64,000 nucleotides of DNA from Nemertoderma westbladi (lineage: Eukaryota; Animalia; Xenacoelomorpha), in contig JAUCBJ010005734.1 of assembly GCA_032718475.1 (NCBI GenBank), positions 21,918 to 85,917 on the forward strand. Reading direction: 5' to 3'. Positions 40,380 to 53,123 of this stretch are shown here, in pieces; within the stretch, counting starts at the first letter, position 1; each line of letters begins with the position of its first letter. Below the pieces are notes generated by a model. It saw only the letters and a list, made by a program, of their open reading frames with translations, made no database searches and was not told the DNA's origin. Both the position numbers and the translations under genes were made by a program.

Positions 40380-41192
40380 TGTAAAAGCTTTTGCGGACAT
40401 AACAAGTCATTTTTCCCCGCAATGCGCAGTGTAGGTGCTTTAGCGGACATAACAAGTCATTTTGCCGCAATGCGCATAATACTCTAAAAGATTGGAGCTC
40501 AGATGACGATATCTGTCAGCTGATTTCCTGTAGACGTGGAACCTCCTTGTTCTGCTCAGCCAATCAGAGCGATTTTCACTTTATTTCTGACAGAGGCCTA
40601 TGGAAAACCGCGCAATGCATTACGGTCTTTGTTTACCTTTCTGAGCCTCAGAACCGGCTTGGAATTCTTCTGTACTTCTGTTTTGGAAGTTTCAGACTTT
40701 GGCTTAAACATCTGATGGCTTTGATTACAAGAACGTAAAACTATTAACGCATCACACCGCAATTCAACATTGCTGCACATGGAACACTGCATAAGTAACA
40801 CATACTGACTGTTCACCGCATTATTTTGCTTCTGTTATTAATTGTTGTTATATTGATGTATATTGCTGATATATTTGGAGAATACCGATAAATAATCATA
40901 AAACCCCCAATCTTCTTGATTACTGAAGGTGAGAGGAACAGGTTTACCGGTAGCAACTGCGACTTACATTATAGTGGTTTTTTGTGTGAATTAAATGCTA
41001 TTTCATAATCCCTACATGTGTCAGTTGCGATCCTCCTTATATATGATCAAATTCAGTGACGGTCGGCAGATCAGTGCGAAGTAGTGTGAAGTAGTGTGAA
41101 GGTTAATAAAGCATCTCCTAAAGAATGCGCTTTTTACGAAACTCTTTGGCCATCTAGTTGTGATTAGTAAAAGTCATAACTCTGTTTTTATA
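40380..41192 (+). repeat. E3 5' LTR (813 bp)
   Basis: Starts TGTAAAAGC; near-identical to 55389-56221; AATAAA at 41105. Confidence 0.92.
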
Positions 41193-42931
41193 CTTAAAGC
41201 GCCACGTCCTAAAGGAACTGTTAATATTTCCCCGAAAGTAAATATATTGTCAGAGATTATATAGTAATGATCAATCGAATAATACAGTAGGTCTACACTG
41301 CAATCACTATCAAAGCATCCGAATCCAGTCTCCCTTAACTGTGGGTGAATGATCGCGCATAGACTGGCTTCGGCTGATGTAACTTCAGTACATTAAATAA
41401 TCGATATAGGCTAAAGTAGATTTATAAACAAAAGGACAACTAAAATTGGCAGGTTAAACTGCTAAAGGTCTAAAAACGCGAACATTAATAGTTTTAAACT
41501 CTTGATTGCACAGTAGGCAATAAAATATTTCTCTATTGTTCTGGTAAGAACAATATTAGATTTTCTAGTTCTTTATTGCACTGTAGGCAATAAAGTTTTG
41601 ATAATTATATACCGGTAGGTCTTGATATTTAATCAGGGACTGCAGCCCTGGTTTTTTATCGGGATTTTACTTATTTCTGTCAGTTTTATTTATCTGTAAG
41701 TGTAATATTGAGCAGAAGGCGTGTAAGCCTGCTCAGATTGTACAAATGATTTGTAGGCCGAATTGTTGTCTAACTATTGTTAGGTCTGAAGCGATTGCAG
41801 TGTGTGTAGAGTGTCTGTCCGATAAAGTGCTAGTTAGGAAGGCCAGTGCTGTAAGGTAAATCCCCCCCGAAAGAATAAGTCGTACTACTCGGTTAGAACG
41901 CCTACTAACTAACCATTTTGGAGTCTGCATATACTGTAGTTTATTTAGGCTTAGCGGTAGTCTGCCAGCATTTGGTCTGTATTTTGTTTGTATAGTCTGC
42001 ACGGGTAGCGTAATATTTATTATTCAGAGTCTATGCGAGTATTCGCAACCACCAACTCCCCAAGTTTATTCCTGCAGTAATTGTGCTTGTTATACATACC
42101 GTTATAGTTAAATTAACCCCGGTACTACATCAGGGCTGCTTGGCGTAGGTAAAGACTGGTGATTTTGTGCTCCGGTCACTCCAGCAGATACCGTGGTTCT
42201 TTTGGGTGTTCAAGTATATTTAACTGCTAGTTATTTGTTGTATAAGTACTTGTACTGTACCTAATTTAGTGTTTAGAGTACAGTGCTTTCCGAAAGTAAT
42301 TAGTGTGTAGGCAGTATATTTGTGTTGTAAAGTGGTTAATAGGCACGTTAGCTCTGGTTGGCTGCGGTAATTAACTTCTAGGTAAGGACACTCCGGGTAC
42401 ATAACGTAGTACTTATAGAGCTAAGACTATAAGTCATCAGACGGTGGTATTTTCTTATCTGGACAACGCAATTTACTTACTACTGCTTTATTGTTTTCAA
42501 ATACCGTAGTTCCTGTCAGTTTGTAAGAACCAGAAATTCTAACTCCTTGTTAGACTGGTTTGTAGATTTCTTGTAAAATTACCCTAAAAATTGTATGTGT
42601 AACTTTTAGTGTTTATTTAGATATTCTAATCTCAAACTGTAATTGTAAGTAATTTGTAGTGATAAGTAACTTAGTAAAGTAGAATTATCTGTGTAGTGAC
42701 TCCTTACCCAGAAATAATAACATTTATTTCAAACATTGTCAAAACCCATTGTACGGGTATATATATATATATTATAAATCAACTCAAACAGATTTATAAA
42801 ATAGTAGGCCTCCTGCTATACATCAATTAGGTCTTAATATCAGTTGGACTACTGCTTAATAACAGTAATAAAATAAAAGGGAAGGAACCCTAAAATCAAG
42901 AAATTCAGTTATTATCAAATAATTGACATTT

Positions 42932-43183
42932 CCGGTATTTACGGTAGGCTTATTATATATATTTATATAAATTTAGGCTGAAATTATATACTGGTATTCT
43001 GTGACTAATCCTAGTCTATAATAATACTTATATATATAATATAAGTGTATGCTGTATACCGGTATTTACAGTAGGCTTATTATATATATTTATATAAATT
43101 TAGGCTGAAATTATATACCGGTATTCTGTGACTAACCCTAGTCTATAATAATACTTATATATACTATAAGTGTATACCGGTAT
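42932..43183 (+). repeat. ~127-bp tandem duplication in the E3 leader
   Basis: CCGGTATTTACRGTAGGCTTATTATATAT... at 42932 and 43059. Confidence 0.85.
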
Positions 43184-43318
43184 TTAATATATTATATATA
43201 TCAGGTTACACTGAGTAACGGTATCGGTAATTAATTACTAGGCTTACAGTTGATACTGAATTACTAGACTTACTTTAACTGTCGTTATAGTAGTAGGCAT
43301 TCAACTGTAAGATAAATC

Positions 43319-46300
43319 ATGGCTGACACAAAGCAAATACTGTCAGATAGTCTCCTAGAAAGAACAGTCTGTGACTCAGATAAGAGTGTGGAACATCTGA
43401 GACCGAAGCCCAAGTCCCCTCCTACTGTAAGAAAGGTCATCCCTACAGTAGTAGTATCAGACCCTAGGCTAGTAAAGCACCATAGGTCTATCATAGGCAC
43501 TAGGGCTCAAGTTAAGCGGGACCAAGAGGCAGCTGTTAAACAGCAGCAGCACCCGACCCGAGAACTTATTTCTCAGCGGCCCAATAACTCCAGTAGTTCA
43601 GACACTGTAGTGTTGACACCCGATATCGGATCAAGGATGACAGAAGCGGTTTATCCAGATCCACTTCTAATTCTTCCTGGAGCCGTACTCACTAGAGTAT
43701 TGATCGCTGTGGAAGAACATCAAATCGATTGGGCGAGAAGTAAGCGATCGATCAGGGACAGTTATGCGGGATACACGATGGAGGAACTGAAGTCTATTGT
43801 CGAGACGCAATGGAACTTCCCCGGACCCGGACTCCCGTTTAACTTATCGGAAGCTGCCTGGGAGGACTTATACAGGATGGGAGTAGTAAGGGACACTCGA
43901 GATCCAGCTGTGTGGAAGAGGTCGGCAGGAGGATATGTCCAGGGATTCTTCAGCTCTTTGGAGCACTTAGAGGAACACCTGTTTCAACAACATCAAGGAC
44001 CTCAAGAGCAGGGAGATCTGCTTTATCAAGTTAATCTAAAGCTAATCCTTTCGGCCTTTGAAGAAGCTTCGAAGAGAAGCCAAGACACATCGTTGCAAGT
44101 GGCCGTAAAAACTTGGTTCCAACGGGTGAGTCTTAAAGTCCAGGGAACAACACAATGGAAAGCTCAACAAACAGAGCGCATGACCCACGGAGAATCAACA
44201 GACGCTACCTTTTCTCAGGTGGAAAGCGAAGCTATATCCGAAAAACCTCAGAAGAAGGATGCTATTGACATCTATCTGTCGGACTATCAACGATTTATAG
44301 GTGACAAAGAGTTAAGGAGATGGCTAGCTGGACTTCACCCTATTAGTGAGGGAGCCAAATTTGTGTTAGACTCGTTAGATGCAGAAATATTAGCCGCGGA
44401 ACAGGCTAAATTTGATGAAAGCATCCTCATGGCAATGGATCAAGAAGAACGATTAAAGAAACGGCAAATAGAAGACCGAAAGTTAACGGCAGCGGTGGAA
44501 GCTGAAAGGTCAGCGGCAGTGGCGGAAGCTGAAAGAAAAGCGGCAGTGGCAGAAGCAGAACGGAAGGCGTCTGAAGCGACTACACAACTAGAGCTGGAGA
44601 ACCTTCAGGTGAAACAAGATTACTTAAATAAACAAAGAATAGCTACTCAGATGCAACTACTGAGTCGATCTACTCCCAGAAGACAGGGATTTACCTCCTC
44701 CGATGAGGGTGATACAACAGATCCTGAAGAAAGAGGTAATAAATCTCGTTCAAGCGGACGTAGAAGAACGCCACACCGTCAGAAGTTACCTAATTTACCA
44801 CCTGCGGTGAGAAGGCAACTAGATAGTGTAGACTTGAGGAATCCTGAACCCACAGACCAAGTTATTAGAGTAGAAAGACTCCCTACTATAGTAGATGAGC
44901 CTGAAATAATTAGGCCTGTCCTCGAAGACAGTCCCTCTGTGATAGAGACACCTGTACTTCCAGAACCTAACTCTAAATTCCCTTTGCACAGTACTAAACT
45001 ACCTGTGCCCAGTAGAACAGCCCCTGAACCACTCCCGGTCCTGGATGCTGAACAAGACATCAACAATTTGTCGCCCGTCGTCCCTACACGTCAACCCGCT
45101 ACTATGTTGGTGGCTCCCGCTTCGGCGGTTGAGTGGGTAGACGAGGGACGGCGGGTAATAGATTGCCTGCTCGGGCACCTGGAGGAATATAAATCACATT
45201 CTTCCCAGCAGGTCCGAGAGTTGGAAGGGACTGTTCAGCAGTTAAAGGGAACAGTAAGAGAGAGTAAGTTAGAGTTGCAAGAAGTGCAGCAGAGTATCGC
45301 TTTAGAACGCGACCAATTAGTAAATATACAAAGGGGTATACCACCACCCACTGTAACAATGTGTCAACCTGTTAGGTCTGAAGTATTTCATTCGCAAGGT
45401 GTGGAGCCTACACGCATCTATACTGCTAGTGAAGTAGAAACTCCTATAGTAAACCCTATTAAGGGTAATTATAAACCTGTTGATAATGATATTCCATATA
45501 GACCTGATCATAATCCGAGAAATTTATATACCGATAACTCGATATTAAATAATACGATGGCCCAAGAAAGTTTTACGCGTCAAATGGCTAGAACCGAAGC
45601 CCGTCAAGCGGTAAAGGTGGGAGAGATCGTCAAGTTCAATGGAGATGAGATGAAATGGTTACCTTTTAATGAATATTATAAAGATAACATACAGAACTAT
45701 GTACTATCCAATGGAGAGAAACTTAGATTCCTCATCGAATGCCTGGAAGGACCTCCCAAGTTAATGGCGTTAAAGTTTATTGGACATCCAGATCAATTAA
45801 GACAAGTTTGGGATACACTAAACATCAGGTATGGTAATAGGACTAACATAGCTAGGTATTTGTATGCGAAATTAGTACCGCCCCGAAAGTTCCTTAGAAG
45901 TGGGATTATAGAGTTTTCCGATGGGATTCAGGAGATCTGTAGACAGCTAGATTGGTTAGGTAAGTCTCAGGAATATCAGAGTTCCATGGTTGTTGGAGCT
46001 GTAGCATCTACTTTGCCAAAGGGTGGAGTAGGTACTCGTTGGGACAAAAGAGTTCTCTATATGATGGACCAGCAAAAAAGGGACCCTACCATGGCTGATC
46101 TTATGGCATTCTTAAATGGAGAGGTAAGATTACAGCTCCTAAAGCAGTCCCGAGAGAAGACACCGGAAAATAAGGTGAGTGAAAAACCCGTTTCTAGGAG
46201 AAAGGTAACACCAGTGTGTTATACAGACGACGGCGAAAGCCAGACCTCCTACGAGGAGAACAGCGGGCCGGGAAAGACACCGAAAGATCTTATTACGTCA

Positions 46301-49300
46301 ACAAAACACGGAAAGACGTAAGTAAATCTAAGTCTCGAACCAGTGACAGGAGAGAACAGGTAAAAACAACTCCTCCTACGTCTCCTAAGAGAATTCATGG
46401 AAGAAAGCCCGAGGAAAGAACAAGTGTGCACAACACCACACAGGTTAAAGTAAGTAATATCAAACCCAAATGTGCATTATGTGACGGGCCACATCGCTTG
46501 AGTGGATGTGATGAATTCTTGAAGAAGTCCCTAAAGGATAGATGAGATGTCATGTGGGATATGCGGTTGTGTTATAATTGTCTGAGACAAGGACACCAAC
46601 GGCGGACCTGTTACTCAGACGCGAGGTGTGCTAAGTGCGGCGCGAAACATCATATCTTGCTGCACACAGAATTTGACAGAACCCGCACGAGTCAGGTAAG
46701 TGAGCCCGAACTACATGTCCAATTCAGTGATGTGAACGACACTGACCACAGCTCTGAGATGGAAGGATTCTACACGGACGAATTCTCCGATGAAAACGAA
46801 TCCTGTTATATGATAAACACCACAGTGTATCGAGCACTTACGTATGAGACTGAAACAAGCGAGGAAGAGCCTCGACTGACTATTCCGGACCGACAACCAT
46901 CTTGGAAAGCACCAACTTCCAACGTCGGAATCCGGGAATTCCCTGTGGTGCAGCTGAGAGTCCATGGGCTAGGGAAGAGTCTGATAGTAAACGCCCTCCT
47001 TGACTCCGGCAGCACAGGTACATTCATTGACAAAGAACTAACCGAAGACATCTTTGCTGGACAACCCCAGTTCCGAACTAAGTTGAACCTTTCAGGAATT
47101 ATGCAAGTTTGGAAATCCACAGTAGCTACAGATTACTATGTGGGTGCATTGTCCACTCCCCAGGATGAACTAGGAGAACATAGCGTAAGGTCGGTAAAAA
47201 TGGTGGCGATAAAGAACTTTGCTACTAGCCAAGTGGAGCCTTAGAACTGGGATGAAGACCATTTTACCCAGCAACATGATATACCTAGATTCAACACCGA
47301 TTACCCAGGAGTTCAGATATTAATCGGCCAAAACGCGCACGAAGCTTTTGAGACCTTCGAAAAACGGCCTGCTCAACCGCAACCATTACAAACATACGCG
47401 GGAAGAACGAGAGTAGGTTGGTACTTCACTGGACCTTCCCGTAGAACACTAATGGAAAGACTCCCTCAGGAGAGGATCCATCAGGTGAGTGAATGGGAAG
47501 AAGAAATCAGTGAGGGAGAAACCACAACTGAGGGAACACCATACTCCTCAGATAATGACGATATTAACCAATTATTCGACGAGGAAAACACAATCGACCT
47601 CCTCAGCGAAAGTGAAACTTGGCGAAACCAAGTAAACCTGTGCCATCTTATCAATTATGGTGGACAATTCACCTACAACGACGAATTAAACGAGGTGATA
47701 GATCGATACAACAATAAAATTCGCGATGAACACGCCGTACGATTCTTTACTCAAGAAGCCGTACAGCCTAATTCCTACGACAAGGCCTTGTCCGTCGAGG
47801 AAGAGAGAGCCAAGCAGATTCAGGAAACGACTACCCATTTTCTAAAAGATGAAGGTCGCTATGAGATTGGTCTTCCGTTCCGACGACGAGAACCAAACTT
47901 TATAAATAACCGACCTTTAGCGGAGAAGAGAATCGCGCAACTACATCGGCGTCTTACGGCCAATGCTTCAGCTAGGGAAATGTATAAAACCCAGCTGAAG
48001 AAATTTATCGATAAGGGATACGCGGAGCGAGTACCGGAAGAAACACCCATAACCGAGAGAACGTATTATCTAACACATCATTACGTTCCCAAACCAGGTA
48101 AACCCAACGAAGTCCGGGTAGTGTTCGACGGCTCTGCCCTTTACATGGGCCAATCCCTGAACTCCGAATTGTTGCCGGGACCCAACTTACTCCAATCCTT
48201 GTTGGGACTACTATTAAGATTACGGCAATATTCTATCGCTTTCGCTTCGGATATAGAAGGCATGTTCTTACAAGTCAAGGCGCTGGATAGGGATCGAGAC
48301 AGCCTACGATTTCTGTGGTGGCCTGAAGGAGATCTCAACCAAAAACCGGTGGAGTACTGGATGACCATCCAGGCTTTCGGGATCATCTCGAGCCCCTCGA
48401 ATGCTTGTTCAGTAGTGCGTACCACTGCTGATGACAACCGAGACGCCTTCTCTAAAGCGGTTATCGACAACATCAAATGGGATATATACATGGACGACAA
48501 TTTAAAGTCCCTCCCATCAGTGGAAGAAGCCATTGATGTTGCCAAGGGAACGGTAGAGTGTTTGCGACGCGGTGGATTTCGACTAACCAAATTCACTAGT
48601 AACTCCCGTGAGTTTCTGGAATCGATCCCAGTAGAAGACTGAGGTGTTAAAGATCTGGACCTCACCAAGGACGATCTTCCGGAAACCAAGACGTTTGGTT
48701 TGAAAATGGGACACGGAGAGAGATATCTTGTTTTTCCAGTTAAAACAGCAAGATAATCCAGTTAGAACTAAACGGATTTGTCTAAGTATCCTGAGCACTT
48801 ATTTCGATCCATTGGGATTTATTAGTCCAGTTATATTGGTTGCTCGGAGCTTAGTGCAACAAATGTGGCTTGAAAACCACTCGTAGGATGATCCACTTAA
48901 GGGAGAACTACTAAAGAAGTGGATGAAATGGGAAGATTCTCTACCATCCATCGAGAACTTTACGATTTCCCGTTCATATTTTGGCCACGTTCTCCCCACG
49001 TATTCCTATCAACTCCATGTGTTTGGAGACGCCAGCGATATGGGAATAGGTATAGTAGCCTACCTGAGGGTTGAAACTCCAGATGGAATTAAAGTTGCCT
49101 TAGTCACCTCTAAGGCCTTGATAAACAACAAACTAGCGGAGTGCGGAGACAAACTCGAGCGGAGTTAAAGGCGGCTCAATACGCTACAGCCATTGGCCGG
49201 AATGTAACAGAACAGATCGACTATCCACTGGAGAAAACTGTCTATTGGACCGATGCTTTGCTCGTTTTGGAGTATATAACCAATGAAATCTGTCAGTTCA

Positions 49301-51384
49301 GCGTCTTCGTTACCAACAGAGTAGCCATTATACTTAGTCGCTCTACTGTAGATCAATGGAGACATTGCCCTGGGACGATTAATCCAGCCGACATCGCCTC
49401 CAGAGGAGCAACTCCTCAAGAACTGATAGATACTCCAGACTGGTTAGGTGGACCCGACTTCTTAAGTAAAGAAGAGGATGAATGGCCTCCTCATCTTACC
49501 ACGGCTGAGATTAGACAAGCCAAGGGAGTGGAGAAAGTCAAACCTAAAACCCGGACGAGTAAATCAAAGTTATTTAAACCCATGATAGATCTGTCTGTAC
49601 TACACATCTCCGGGGACGACGCTGTGGATCTAAACTCCCCCGCCACAAATAAATCTGTTGTATAAATCAGAGAAAGAGACTGGAAATCTGGAACACCAGA
49701 CGTCTCGCAGGGACTCTCACCTCTCCTGCAGAGAGCGATAAATCACTATAGCTCCTGGAATCGTCTTTGTAAGGCCGTCGTGTATTTGAAGCGATGCTTC
49801 CATCATCACTACTCCAGGACGAAGATCGCTAGTGATACCGCTCCACTGAAATCCGAGCAGGTCCATGCTATTAAAGATCTTCCCAAATACAAAGTGTTGG
49901 ATAGGTTTCTGACGGAGAAGATCAGTTATCAAGAGCATGAAGAAACCAATAAGCAGATACTGAGACTCCTGCAATGCTATGAAGATTCCGATAAGTATTT
50001 CCTGTTGTTGAGAAATCCACAGATGCGCTTAAGGGATTGTTTCTCTAGCACAATGATAGATGGGTTAATACGTGTTGGAGGGGGATTAACCAATGCTCCA
50101 TTGTCCTTTGACACTAAATTTCCCATACTCATTAGAAATCTTGAAATACAAATCAAGATGATTGTAGATGTTCACAGTAGGCTTTACCATGCTGGTAGAG
50201 AACGAGTTCTTAGCGAAATTCGAACTCGCTATTATTTCCATAAACCCCGTAGAGCTCTGAACCAAGTTCTTAGGAACTGTATACCCTGTAGGAAAGCATT
50301 CAGTAGGCCTTTAACACAGCGAGAGGCGGAATTACCTAGGGAACGAGTAAGCTTCTATGAACCACCCTTTACCAATACTGGTGTGGATTTATTTGGCCCT
50401 ATTGAAGTATATCGTGCTAGGACTATAGTCAAGCGATGGTGTGTCATCTTTGTCTGTATGACTTGTAGAGCGATCCATCTAGATATGGTGAACGATCTAT
50501 CTACCAACAGCTTCATACTGAGTTTACGCCGACAGATCGCTCGCTTTGGAACTAGCAACACGATGAGATCCGACAAGGGAACGAACTTCATTGGCGCCAA
50601 TAATGAGATCAAAGCTTACGTGAAAGATTGGAACCAAAGACAGGTGGACGATCAGCTAAAGGTAACAGCATCTAGCTGGACCTTCAACGCCGCCGACGTC
50701 CCTTGGTGGGGAGGAAGTTGGGAGAGATTAATAAGGAGCGTGAAGACCACATTTCACTTTATAGTGCCTTGCCGAGCGTATCTCACCGACGAACTTTTGC
50801 GGACGTTAATGGAAGAAATCACTGCCTATCTTAACGAGAGACCGCTTATGCCAGTCTCATCGAGTCCCGACTCCCTAGAAGCGCTAACACCCGCGCATTT
50901 CCTACTGAAGAAACCTGTAGCCATGCTCCCACAATCGGAAATCACAGAGGGAGAGGAATACTGCCGACAAACTTGGCAACTCATGCAGTTATTATCCTGT
51001 CATTTCGCTCACCATTTCGAAAAACATTATTTGCCTACGCTACAACTTCGAACAAAGTGGTTTGCGCAGCAAGAAAACGTCAGCGCCGGAGACATTGTCC
51101 TTATTGTGGAATCAGATCTTCCACGAAAGCGGTGGCAGACAGGTCGTATCATCGAAACTCATATATCCGATGATGGTTTAGTGCGATCGGTAGAACTCGT
51201 CGTCATGCGACGTAACTTTAAGAAACCTGGAATTGTATTCGAAACACAACAACTCAATCGCCCAGTTGGTCGTTTATGTTTACTGGAAAGAGACAGAGAG
51301 CTATCCGGAAACTATGGAAGGCAAGATACTCTTCCCACAACCACCTCCCTAATCCAACAAACATGTAGGGACTCCCCAACGTAA
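43319..51384 (+). pseudogene. E3 gag-pol with stops and frameshifts
   Basis: Gag VKFNGDEMKW..EKLRFLIECLEGPP; knuckles CALC, CYNC, CAKC..HHILLH; protease LLDSGS; RT YMDD (48487); RNase H LHVFGDAS; integrase DLFGP, SDKGTNF, GGSWERL. Confidence 0.95.
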
Positions 51385-51914
51385 CAGCATCTGGAGTGGG
51401 TGTGTGACTACCTTATTTTATATTTGTTTTTTATTATTTTTATATTTATGTATGTATTATTATGTAATTATATTATAATCGTTTTCTTTAATTTTATTTA
51501 GTAGAATATTATTTTAGCGATTATTTAGTAGATTAGTGCAATATATATATTCGTGTTTATTACTTAATTACTTAACATTATATATTTAGTTTAACGGCGA
51601 GAAACAATTCATTTTCTCTTTCCTTACTGTCCGTATCATATTATAAATACGTGACTACAGTAAGATGAAATGTCCGTACTTATTAAAGTACAAAATACCG
51701 CCCCTACTATACTCAAGTATTATTGGTAAGTAGAGTATTAGGAATGCAAAGTTCAGATCCTCGTGTCTCGGCTAAACCAAGCTCTGGGTAGACCTTGGAA
51801 ACGACTTGCCTCTTCTCACTGAGATTGCTTCTTGCAATATTGCTATCATACCGTATATTAAATAATACATATAGTAGAATGATGTCCATTTAACAGTAGC
51901 GTAAAACGCAAAAT

Positions 51915-52310
51915 AAATCTGTTAAACCCTTTGACCATCTGCAATTCTAGTCTATTAAGATATCGCGGCACCCACCGATATACTTGAAAGACAAAATTCT
52001 AGAATCAGTTGTTAACTGTCCCCAGACATGTTCTGGAATAAATCGGTGCCCATCTTAAATATTAAATATTTAATAAATATTTATAAAATCTATTAAAACA
52101 AATGTTATAATAGACTAAAAGGCAGACAAATAAACTCTAAGGAGTTTGTAAACCAAGAAAATCTATAAATCAAAAATCTGTTAAAATTCAGATCCTTTAA
52201 AATTTTAGTCGATTAAGATATCGTAGCACTTACCGATACTCTTAAAAAGACAAATTTCCTAGAATTAAGGATCCTAGTCCCCAGACATGCTCTGGAATAA
52301 AATTGTGTCT
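51915..52310 (+). repeat. Diverged ~135-bp direct repeat between E3 pol and ORF3
   Basis: AATCTGTTAAA..TTAAGATATCG..ACCGATA..GTCCCCAGACATGYTCTGGAATAAA at ~51915-52045 and ~52175-52305. Confidence 0.8.
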
Positions 52311-53123
52311 ATTTTAGTGTCAAATAATAAAATTTACGGGAATAATTTTAAATTCATATCCTCTCATGAATTTGATAAATTGTTATTTTATACAATTTAT
52401 AACTTTCCCAAAATTCCATTAATTAATAGATCATGGGAGCGGAGATTCACCCTATTAAGTATATTAGTGTGAGAGAATCTCCAATGTATAGTCAATAGCC
52501 GATAAAATTCATAAAATTATGTATAAAGGGGAATATTGACAATTAAAGAATTACTATTAAATAGCATCCCAGATCTGTATGCATGAGAATTACCCTAATT
52601 CTACTGCTAGCTTTCCATAATGTCACCATGGCAACAACCATGCTAGAATTAGAAGCGAGTTAAAAGAACAATAGAAAGCTTGCCCCATTGAATAGCATAC
52701 GGAATAAATAGCACACTGCTAGTATCCAGGGATACATAATAATAACGTGGTATTCTGGAAGGCACTTGACTAACGGACAAATGGCCCGAATGTGTACAAT
52801 TTGTGACAGTTGTGTGGAATTTGTGCGTTTATAGGTGAATGTTACTACTAAAGTGTGTTTACAGTAGCGAGTCGCAGTTGTGAAAGTTGCCCTACCTCTG
52901 TAGCAAGAACCTGAAGTAATTCTAAGCCCTTGGGACGGACAGTGGAGTGACTCGCGCTGGTTATTGTTGTCGTTGTGTAGCTACTACATTGGCAAGAGGC
53001 ACAGCGACGACAGTACATCAGCGCTGAAGATCTTGCGCTGTCCGGGGGCATTGAGGGGGAGGCACCGACGACCGCTAGCCTAAATATAATTAATTATAAT
53101 ATTGATAAACTCATATAGCAGCT

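Noticed and set aside
40547-40816. Duplicated small genes (also 55556-55825)
   Set aside because: Incidental ORFs within the two LTR copies.
41147-41165. Primer-binding site TGGCCATCTAG
   Set aside because: It is present in both LTR copies and I cannot match it to a tRNA 3' end.
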